Origin: a virus
Taxonomy: Duplodnaviria; Caudoviricetes
Reading direction: 5' to 3' (one strand)
Length of the DNA: 28,887 nucleotides
Virus record (IMG/VR): IMGVR_UViG_3300027586_000034
Span: 1-28,887 of that record
Positions 1 through 6,794 of this stretch are shown here, piece after piece. The notes under the pieces were generated by a model. The model was not told where the DNA came from. It made no database searches and saw only the letters and a program-made list of their open reading frames with translations. The position numbers were made by a program, and so were the translations under genes. The stretch's first letter is position 1. Each line of letters starts with the position of its first letter.

Positions 1-57
1 AGCGGCTGCTGAAGGTGCAGTTGATGGGGGTAGCGCGGATATTTTAATATTTGGCAT
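1..57 (-). CDS. 5' end of a probable tail fibre / tail-associated protein (partial, runs off window)
   Basis: Manual translation from ATG at 57: MPNIKISALPPSTAPSAAA... The M-x-x-x-KIS-x-LP start is typical of N-termini of phage tail-fibre-like proteins. Not in the ORF track. Confidence 0.55.
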   Translation of the reverse strand, partial: MPNIKISALPPSTAPSAAA

Positions 58-207
58 TTATTCTAAAAGCAAAAGAGTTTCGGCAATGTCTTCCATCTGA
101 ATAAAAGAACTATTTTCCATTAGCATAAATTGCACAAATACAGGGCGCGATCCACCCATATCGACAAAAGTTGGACAATTAAAGAATAACCAACTAAGTG
201 TGTTCAT
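58..207 (-). CDS. 49-aa small protein with hydrophobic-hydrophobic-E repeats, tail-fibre-associated type
   Basis: Manual translation MNTLSWLFFNCPTFVDMGGSRPVFVQFMLMENSSFIQMEDIAETLLLLE*. It fills the gap exactly and its TAA abuts the next ATG. The C-terminal FMLME/FIQME/LLLLE repeats resemble small proteins that precede KIS-LP fibre genes. Confidence 0.6.
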   Translation of the reverse strand: MNTLSWLFFNCPTFVDMGGSRPVFVQFMLMENSSFIQMEDIAETLLLLE

Positions 208-216
208 GTTTGCAGC

Positions 217-555
217 TTAGGTTTTCAGGATTGCATTGGCCGCAAAACTTCCTGTAGTCGAAATAATCTTGATAAATTTCGCAGCAAACAATTCTGCTGG
301 CGTTGAATACATTCCCGCTTCACTTATGGTTTGCGCAATATCTGTGTCGGTGGCGTAATATTTCATTTTAACATAAGTTCCCGCTGCTTCGTTTGACGAG
401 TAATAAGTAATTACTTGTGGAGCAATAGCGTAGGCCGGAACGTGAAGTAGCATTGCTGCTGCTTCGGCACACTGAATTACCGTAGAACCTCCAAGCCCCG
501 TGGAAACTGTAATTGGCTGTGTTGTAGATATGCGTACTGTCGAATCTGTGGCCAT
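217..555 (-). CDS. small beta-rich virion protein (112 aa), paralogue of 570..914
   Basis: ORF in the continuous minus-strand operon. Its C-terminus YSTPAELFAAKFIKIISTTGS...KT aligns with the neighbour's YPLPDELFPARLFYVVAASGS...KT. Confidence 0.75.
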   Translation of the reverse strand: MATDSTVRISTTQPITVSTGLGGSTVIQCAEAAAMLLHVPAYAIAPQVITYYSSNEAAGTYVKMKYYATDTDIAQTISEAGMYSTPAELFAAKFIKIISTTGSFAANAILKT

Positions 556-569
556 AACTGCTCGTTTAT

Positions 570-914
570 TTAAGTTTTGCTGGTTACTGAAAACACCACA
601 GATCCACTTGCTGCAACAACGTAGAACAGTCTTGCCGGAAACAACTCATCTGGAAGTGGGTAGCTTCTGCCATCCTGCACTGTAATTGTAATTGCTGCAT
701 TAGTGCCGCTAAAAAGCTGCTGGGCAGTTGCATTAAGAATGGTGTCGGGAAGCACAAAAAATGACAGCACAACTGCCGTTGCGGCCCCTGAGTTAATATG
801 AATCAAACCACCTGAAGCTTGGGCCAATGAAAGCTGGCTTGCTGTTGCCGCAGATGTAGTTGCGGTCAACCCGTGCATATAGTCGGCATTTCTACTTATA
901 TTAGTATTTGGCAT
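570..914 (-). CDS. small beta-rich virion protein (114 aa), paralogue of 217..555
   Basis: ORF packed between neighbours, with alternating hydrophobic beta-strand pattern and a C-terminal motif shared with 217..555. Confidence 0.75.
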   Translation of the reverse strand: MPNTNISRNADYMHGLTATTSAATASQLSLAQASGGLIHINSGAATAVVLSFFVLPDTILNATAQQLFSGTNAAITITVQDGRSYPLPDELFPARLFYVVAASGSVVFSVTSKT

Positions 915-921
915 AGTAGGC

Positions 922-1779
922 TTATTTTACCATAGGGCCGGGGCCGGATAAATACATCTGCTCTTGTGCTTCAGGTTTTTGATAGAGTGCCTTCATTATG
1001 TGTTCTAAAGCTAACCCACCACCCGCACCCATGCCTAAAGTTGTTAGCAGTTTTTGCATATTTACTTGTCCTTCAGGAGGGGCAGACATTGCGGGCTGTT
1101 GGCTGTATGGGCCAAGTTTACCCATATCCATTACCTTCATGGGTGGATTGGAATACGGGCTAAGTGCTGACATATCCATTGGCGATGCTGCCGCTGGTGA
1201 CGCTTGTTTTGCTTGTGCCGCTGCACTAAGCGCCATCATATTCATCGGTGGATTTTGGTTAATTGGTGTTTGCGGGTTTGGAGGAAATAACTTGGCAGTG
1301 GTAGTTGGTAAAGGTGGATTCTGCGACTTTGGCAATGGGCCTAAAGGCTGGGGCTTGGGCGCAAGCGATCCAGTATTTGTAGGGTTTAGCAAGCTAGCTT
1401 TCTTTCCAGCCTCTTCAAGTTGTTGTTTTTTTTCTATTCTTTGTAATTCTACCAAAGGTGACGGTGCTGGTAATGGTTCATCGTCTTCAGGAATCCGTAC
1501 ACTATCTGTTCCAAGGTCTTCAGATCCGCTTGAAATTGGCCCTTTGCCAAAGTGAATTGTGTGCGCATCTTCGGAAGTCATGCCGGTAAGCTGGGCATAT
1601 TGCTTCATGGCCTGATCCATTTCTAGTTGCATCTCTGGGGTATGCACATGATTTGGGTCTTGCATCATTTGTTGCATTAATTCAATTTTGGTAGACAGTG
1701 CTGCTGGAATTGGGCCTGCTTTTGCTGCCTTTTTGGCTGGGTTTAGATTAGGGAGTTTTTGACGGCGAGGTTTTGGCAT
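922..1779 (-). CDS. Pro/Gln/Met-rich low-complexity protein (285 aa), probable internal virion/ejection protein
   Basis: Basic leader MPKPRRQKLP, RIPED motif, internal M[DN]M-x-x-L repeats, C-terminal Gly-rich hydrophobic segment LLTTLGMGAGGGLAL. Lies downstream of the tail genes. Confidence 0.65.
   Translation of the reverse strand: MPKPRRQKLPNLNPAKKAAKAGPIPAALSTKIELMQQMMQDPNHVHTPEMQLEMDQAMKQYAQLTGMTSEDAHTIHFGKGPISSGSEDLGTDSVRIPEDDEPLPAPSPLVELQRIEKKQQLEEAGKKASLLNPTNTGSLAPKPQPLGPLPKSQNPPLPTTTAKLFPPNPQTPINQNPPMNMMALSAAAQAKQASPAAASPMDMSALSPYSNPPMKVMDMGKLGPYSQQPAMSAPPEGQVNMQKLLTTLGMGAGGGLALEHIMKALYQKPEAQEQMYLSGPGPMVK
1484..1497. repeat. copy 1 of exact 14-bp repeat TCTTCAGGAATCCG (encodes R-I-P-E-D on minus strand)
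   Basis: Identical 14-mer read at 1484-1497, 2402-2415 and 2891-2904. Confidence 0.9.
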
Positions 1780-1801
1780 GATGTGTTTCTTGTAATTATT
1801 T

Positions 1802-1821
1802 AGTTATCGGTAACTTGACAA
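1802..1821. promoter_or_regulatory. imperfect palindrome AGTTATCGGTAACT beside a -35-like hexamer in the 42-bp intergenic gap
   Basis: AGTTA-TCGG-TAACT at 1802-1815 (12/14 self-complementary). On the minus strand TTGTCA (1821-1816) precedes it and AT-rich TAAATAAT follows it. Spacing is not canonical. Confidence 0.25.
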
Positions 1822-4728
1822 CTAAGGTCTTTGTTGCTGTTCAAGTAAGCTTTGCAGTATTCGTTCAATAGCAGACTGAGTTGGGTTTGCTTGAGGAACA
1901 AGCTCTTTTACTCCGCTATCGCTTTGTCTTGTAAAGAAGCCTGAGCCTGTATTCATTGGGCTTTGTTGGATTTCAGGCTTCTTAACAATTGCTGCTGTTG
2001 CGTCTATGTTGTTCTGTATCTCTAGGGGGCGAAGGATGGAATCCCTGAGATTGTCCATAAATGCCTTGGGATCGCTTTCCGCTGTGGGTTCGCCCTTTTG
2101 CAGAATAACTTCTCCCTGCACTTGCTTTCTTGCTGCTTTAGCCTGCATGAACGGCCCTGAACCCTGCCCGCCTGCCCTTGGCCCGCTATACCATTGTTCT
2201 GCCGTAAGCGGTTCTTCCTCAGACATAGGATTTGGAAAGTCAGCTTCTTCTGCCACTCTGCGGGTGCGGCCCGGAGGCTGCATTGTCGGCGTTGTAATTC
2301 TTTCGTCTTGTGCAGCGTCCCGAATAGCAAGCAAAGTCTGCAATGTTCTTTGATCGTTTGTTGGGTTAGCTAAACCAGTATCAATAAACGACTGTTCGCC
2401 TTCTTCAGGAATCCGAACACCTTCAGCGACTTCGCTGTCAGGCATAATGTTTGGTTCTTCAACCGTATCCCACGATAGCGCTGGACGCTCATCTACCCCA
2501 CGAAATGGCCGGACTTCAGAAATTTCCGCAGCTTGGGGAGCACCGGTGGATGGTCTTTCCCCAAGGATTCTCGCCAGTTGGCGTTGAGTATCTTCGCCGC
2601 TTTGCATTGGCAAATCGGGGTTATCCAGCATTTGCTGGCCTGCATCTCTCGGAATAAACTCTTCTTCTACAGGGGCTGGGCGTTTTTTGCGAACCTCTTC
2701 TTGTACAGGAGTTTCGATATAACGCGGATTTGCGTCTTGATCTGCCTTAATAACTGCATAGTGTTCTGGGGATATTGTTCCGCGTTCAAACGCTTTGTCC
2801 CAATATGTGGGAGATGTGTCTATTACCCTTGCAACGGCTGGTGCGGCTGGAGCTTCCTGCACCATGCTTGGCACTTCAATGTTTTCGCCATCTTCAGGAA
2901 TCCGATCTCCGCTTTCAAACGATGGCGTTGAATCAGCGCCTTCTAAATCTACTGATGGACTAAACTCCGGGCCATTCATAACTTGTGATTGTTTCACAAG
3001 CCTAGATACTCTTCTATTGCTGGGCAGTCTTTTGTTTTCAAAGCTTTGAGCTTGCTCGTATCTGTCTCCTGCTTCGTTGGCTAAAGTAGCTGGAGCATTT
3101 TCCATAGCTCGCTTTATTGCTGGAACAAGCTGCCGTATTGCTGAAGCAACATTTTCTGGGGCAACGGTTCCTGAGTTTAAATTGCCGAGATATATGCCCG
3201 CAATTTGTTCAGGCGTAAGCCTTCCCCATTCAATGCTAGTTCCATCCTCGGAAAGTTGGTGTACTAATGCTCTCCACTGCGGAACTGCCAAATCAAGATT
3301 TATGTCTCTTTGCCGTTCTTGAGTGTTTGCTTGTTTGCTTCTATTAACAATTTGCTTGGGGTTATCTGTATTAGAACTGCCGCTAAGCGTATCCACGTTG
3401 GGAGATACTTTTGATGGATCACTGACACTCATGCTGTCAAGATCTTGAGTGTTTCCACCAAGCAGTTTTTGAAGTTGTTCAAGAGATTTTTCTGCTTCGC
3501 TACGTTCATCAGCAAATGCGCGGCTTCTGGCAAACTTAGTCTGAGCCGGTGTGCCTGCTTCGGAATCTGCGGTGATATAGCCCAAAGACTTATCAATGCC
3601 TTGTACATCGCTGTAAATAGTGGGAGTTTTCTGTACGCCCTTAGTTTTTGTAGCTATAACCGGAAGTAGTTTTGGTTCTGGTTTTCCGGGTAAATCTTCC
3701 ATTTTCTGCATTTGGAGAATACTTCTCCAAGCAGGATTTTCCCTCATCTTACGACGAGTATCAGGACGTTCTTCAACGTATCCTGCTCTTGCGCCTTTTG
3801 TCCCGAGATAGTAGGAAGAGTCAGCTTTCGTTCCTTGGTATCTAACGCGGCTAGTATCAGGTTCTTCGGGATCAGGCGGCATTATCTGATCTTCAATATT
3901 CTCCGTACTAATTAATGGCTCAAGTTCAGGATGAGCCTTAATGATTTTGTTTAGTTGATCTTTTGCATTACGGAATGGGCCGCTCAAAGAAAGCTGCCGA
4001 CCTTCCTCATTTTCGGGAAACATAGCGTGAACACGCGCCCACTCTTCTTCTAGCACTGAGGAGTGATAGTTTGCTGCTGCAAGCAAGTTACGCTTTTTTG
4101 GTGTTAATGCATCAACCGCATCTGAGGGAGCTTTGCCATCCCGATACAAAGCAAGCTCACGATCTGCGGGAGTATTGTTCTTTGGTACTGATGTATAAAG
4201 ATCAGAATCAGGAACTGGGTCTGGCGACTCAAAAGCTCTACGGATTAATGCTTCTCGCTTAACCAATGCTTTTTGAGCAGAAGGCGTAAGTTCTTTTCCT
4301 GTACGCTTATCCATGCTGCCTAAAATACGAATAGCTTCATCTTGTTGAGAAGGGCCAAGACTTCGCCATGCTTGGCGGTAAATACCAGTGCCTTGGGAAG
4401 GCTCTTTTTCGTGCGATATAGCTGCACTTTCCAAAGCTTCCATTGCGCTTTTAACTGAAGCGGGATCGGCTGTTTTCCTAAGCTTATTGGCTATAGCGTC
4501 AGGCAAAGTCTTTTGGCTGGCAAATAGCTCCCTGTCTGGCACAGGGTCTAGTGGGCCTGAATCATTAGTTCCACCCCGCAGTTTTACCTTATCCGATTTA
4601 AGGTTCTTTGGAACGGTGAACTTGCCTTCTGGGTTGCTATAAGGCTCCGCTTTCGGGCCTTTACCCTTTAGCTCTCCTTTGACTGTTGGCTTAACAGTAG
4701 GAGTTTTCTTTCTTTTGGGAACGGCCAT
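1822..4728 (-). CDS. large low-complexity protein (968 aa), probable DNA ejection/internal virion protein
   Basis: Long ORF rich in P/E/D/Q, with no enzyme motif recognised. Basic leader MAVPKRKKTP and two RIPE[DE]GE motifs. Sits after the nozzle gene, where podoviruses encode ejection proteins. TAATG overlap with the upstream gene at 4728. Confidence 0.65.
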   Translation of the reverse strand: MAVPKRKKTPTVKPTVKGELKGKGPKAEPYSNPEGKFTVPKNLKSDKVKLRGGTNDSGPLDPVPDRELFASQKTLPDAIANKLRKTADPASVKSAMEALESAAISHEKEPSQGTGIYRQAWRSLGPSQQDEAIRILGSMDKRTGKELTPSAQKALVKREALIRRAFESPDPVPDSDLYTSVPKNNTPADRELALYRDGKAPSDAVDALTPKKRNLLAAANYHSSVLEEEWARVHAMFPENEEGRQLSLSGPFRNAKDQLNKIIKAHPELEPLISTENIEDQIMPPDPEEPDTSRVRYQGTKADSSYYLGTKGARAGYVEERPDTRRKMRENPAWRSILQMQKMEDLPGKPEPKLLPVIATKTKGVQKTPTIYSDVQGIDKSLGYITADSEAGTPAQTKFARSRAFADERSEAEKSLEQLQKLLGGNTQDLDSMSVSDPSKVSPNVDTLSGSSNTDNPKQIVNRSKQANTQERQRDINLDLAVPQWRALVHQLSEDGTSIEWGRLTPEQIAGIYLGNLNSGTVAPENVASAIRQLVPAIKRAMENAPATLANEAGDRYEQAQSFENKRLPSNRRVSRLVKQSQVMNGPEFSPSVDLEGADSTPSFESGDRIPEDGENIEVPSMVQEAPAAPAVARVIDTSPTYWDKAFERGTISPEHYAVIKADQDANPRYIETPVQEEVRKKRPAPVEEEFIPRDAGQQMLDNPDLPMQSGEDTQRQLARILGERPSTGAPQAAEISEVRPFRGVDERPALSWDTVEEPNIMPDSEVAEGVRIPEEGEQSFIDTGLANPTNDQRTLQTLLAIRDAAQDERITTPTMQPPGRTRRVAEEADFPNPMSEEEPLTAEQWYSGPRAGGQGSGPFMQAKAARKQVQGEVILQKGEPTAESDPKAFMDNLRDSILRPLEIQNNIDATAAIVKKPEIQQSPMNTGSGFFTRQSDSGVKELVPQANPTQSAIERILQSLLEQQQRP
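2395..2416. repeat. copy 2 of RIPE repeat (22 bp, 1 mismatch to copy 3)
   Basis: TTCGCCTTCTTCAGGAATCCGA versus TTCGCCATCTTCAGGAATCCGA at 2884-2905. Confidence 0.9.
2884..2905. repeat. copy 3 of RIPE repeat
   Basis: TTCGCCATCTTCAGGAATCCGA, encoding RIPEDGE on the minus strand. Confidence 0.9.
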
Positions 4729-5084
4729 TATTGTTTTGGTGCTTTCCCTTTGCTGACAACCTTGGGCATCTTGACTTTCCCTTGCATTGTCTTGCGCACC
4801 AGACCCTCATCAAAATCGTCTTCTGTCGCTTCGGGAGCGTTAGACTTCCCTTTATTCTCTTCGGCTAGATCAACAAGCTTGGAGTTTTCGTCTTCCTCCA
4901 CGCTTGGCTCGTCTACATCGTCATCGTCATCATCGTCTTCAGAATCTTCGTTTGGATCTGTTTGACCACGGAACAACTTCCTTGGCTCTTTATGTCCTTG
5001 AGTTTTACTCAAAGCTTCGCCAAGCATTCGGGTTACACAAGACGGTTTTAGGTCACTAAGACTGACTGCAAATTTATGAGCCAT
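4728..5084 (-). CDS. 118-aa protein with central acidic tract and basic termini
   Basis: EDSEDDDDDDDVDEPSVEEDE tract; Lys-rich C-terminus; translationally coupled to the next gene. Confidence 0.7.
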   Translation of the reverse strand: MAHKFAVSLSDLKPSCVTRMLGEALSKTQGHKEPRKLFRGQTDPNEDSEDDDDDDDVDEPSVEEDENSKLVDLAEENKGKSNAPEATEDDFDEGLVRKTMQGKVKMPKVVSKGKAPKQ

Positions 5085-5100
5085 TTAAGCTATTCCTGTG

Positions 5101-5595
5101 TTATGAAGGGAGTAAACCACCAAGAATCATTTTAGTAATATTGGAATCACGATTCACCTGACCAATACGCCGCTGAGCATTACGAGACAAATCAGCTAGT
5201 ATTTGCTGCATAACATCGCTTTCCTTCGTCAAATCAAACTGCTGCTGCTGCTGACTAGATCCGTACATCAAGTCTCTTTTTCCAGCCTGTTGTTGTGCAA
5301 GTTCAGATTGTTGAGTCAGCGTTGCGTCTTGGTTTTGCTTAATTTGATCCAAATAGGTCTTATTCAGTGCGGCAGAACCCTGCACACTAGCCTGATCGGA
5401 TGCAACATTAGTGCGATATTGCAGTGCTTTGCTGTCGGCAGATAGCCCGCGATTTGCCTGTGGGGCTTGAAACTGCCTTGCATTAGAAGCGTATGCTTGT
5501 TCTGCGGCAGCGTTGTTGCGGCTCTGCCTTAGCGTTCCATATGACGCTGTAGCGGGGGCGGCGTAGTTTGGGGAGAAGTTTTCCGTACTAAACAT
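5101..5595 (-). CDS. Gln/Ala-rich helical protein (164 aa), probable ejection/pilot protein
   Basis: Coiled-coil-like Q/A composition, hydrophobic C-terminal ILGGLL; position after the tail genes. Confidence 0.6.
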   Translation of the reverse strand: MFSTENFSPNYAAPATASYGTLRQSRNNAAAEQAYASNARQFQAPQANRGLSADSKALQYRTNVASDQASVQGSAALNKTYLDQIKQNQDATLTQQSELAQQQAGKRDLMYGSSQQQQQFDLTKESDVMQQILADLSRNAQRRIGQVNRDSNITKMILGGLLPS

Positions 5596-5608
5596 TCTGG
5601 CTGTTCCG

Positions 5609-6130
5609 TTATCGAGTTAGCCCTGACAATACGCCGCCCCTATTAGTGAACTGCCTAGCACCCGCCCCAATACCATAAGCGAGTCCTTGCGTTCCGACAG
5701 GGCCGGTCAACAATCCAGACCCAACCAGCAAATTGAACGCTGCTTGAGCTTGTCTAGACTTTGCGTCTTTCTGGGCTTCGCTTGTTTGCAAGTGGATGTC
5801 GGCAGTCTTCTGGGCTTGCTGCATTGCAATCTGCCGCTGAGTGGTCTGCTTTTCTAGGCCCAATCCCCCATAGCGAACCGCTTGAGCTTGCTGAGACTGT
5901 ATGTCTGCGGAACGGGCTTGCTGTGCCTTTTCGGCGTATTCGTTCCGATAGTCCTCCATCTCCTTGTTGGCGGCAGTAGATTGTCGCTGGGCTGCTGCTG
6001 CGGCAAAGGCGTTCCTAGACATTGCTGCCGAACCCCCGCCCTGTGCGACATAGGGAACCTGAGCCTTCATGGCCGGTCGCCCGTAGCCAATCCCAATAGG
6101 TGCTTTTGGAGCAATTCTGCTTTCAAACAT
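5609..6130 (-). CDS. Gln/Ala-rich helical protein (173 aa), probable ejection/pilot protein
   Basis: Coiled-coil-like core and Gly-rich hydrophobic C-terminal region (FNLLVGSGLLTGPVGTQGLAYGIGAG), typical of podoviral DNA-transfer proteins. Confidence 0.6.
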   Translation of the reverse strand: MFESRIAPKAPIGIGYGRPAMKAQVPYVAQGGGSAAMSRNAFAAAAAQRQSTAANKEMEDYRNEYAEKAQQARSADIQSQQAQAVRYGGLGLEKQTTQRQIAMQQAQKTADIHLQTSEAQKDAKSRQAQAAFNLLVGSGLLTGPVGTQGLAYGIGAGARQFTNRGGVLSGLTR

Positions 6131-6134
6131 TTAG

Positions 6135-6794
6135 CTACCTCTGAAATACCATTGCTTTGACTTCTACGGTATTTGCTATGCCATCAACTTTAGTCACTGC
6201 TGTTGATGGGAAAGTAAATTCTACCATGTTCTTGCCAGAAATCACTAACTCAATTCCTTTGTCTGTATTGGTAAAAGCATAAGAAAGCGGAAGGTTGGTT
6301 GTGTTGGTAACTAGAATAGGCACTGCATCAATGGACTGACTTGCCTTGTTTAGGCGTAAGATTTCCCCGCCGGTAATGCCAAACTTTAAAGAAACTGTGC
6401 TTTGGACAGCACTAGAAGTTACCGTATCTGTACTTTTAAGGTACGGCCCAACAGCTATAGGGCTTGCTGAAAGCGGGCTGTTCACAAGCTGGGGCTGGCT
6501 ATCCTTGTAAGGATGATCAACAGGAGGGGCTGTAAACACTCTTTCAATTTGTTTTTTAGAACTTTGGTAGACCTGTTCGTGCCGAAAGTCCAGATTGGTT
6601 AAGTCGTACCTTCTTGCATTAGCCGTAATTAGTCGTAGGGTTTTTTTGTTAGTAGCATCAGAATATGCTGCCGCCGATGCGGTTTGGGGCGCATTTTTGT
6701 TGTTTAATGCGTTAGATATTTCGATAGCTGACGGCGCACTGATGCCACCAGTTACCAAAGCATTAAATACATTAGTGTTATTAGGCTGAGTCAT
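6135..6794 (-). CDS. hypothetical tail-associated protein (219 aa)
   Basis: ORF overlapping the nozzle gene end by 14 nt; beta-rich C-terminal half. Confidence 0.65.
   Translation of the reverse strand: MTQPNNTNVFNALVTGGISAPSAIEISNALNNKNAPQTASAAAYSDATNKKTLRLITANARRYDLTNLDFRHEQVYQSSKKQIERVFTAPPVDHPYKDSQPQLVNSPLSASPIAVGPYLKSTDTVTSSAVQSTVSLKFGITGGEILRLNKASQSIDAVPILVTNTTNLPLSYAFTNTDKGIELVISGKNMVEFTFPSTAVTKVDGIANTVEVKAMVFQR

Noticed and set aside
998-1555. 185-aa plus-strand ORF and other short plus-strand or nested ORFs
   Set aside because: Fully overlap long minus-strand genes in a contiguous operon, with no recognisable motifs.
1477-2905. RIPE repeats as a CRISPR array or DGR template/variable repeats
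   Set aside because: Too short, irregularly spaced by hundreds of bases, in frame within genes; no cas or reverse transcriptase gene and no adenine-specific variation.
1822-4728. 968-aa protein as tape measure protein, or PKRKK as a nuclear localisation signal
   Set aside because: Pro/acid-rich rather than amphipathic helical repeats, and no tail tube genes. The context is a bacteriophage, so the NLS resemblance is likely coincidental.
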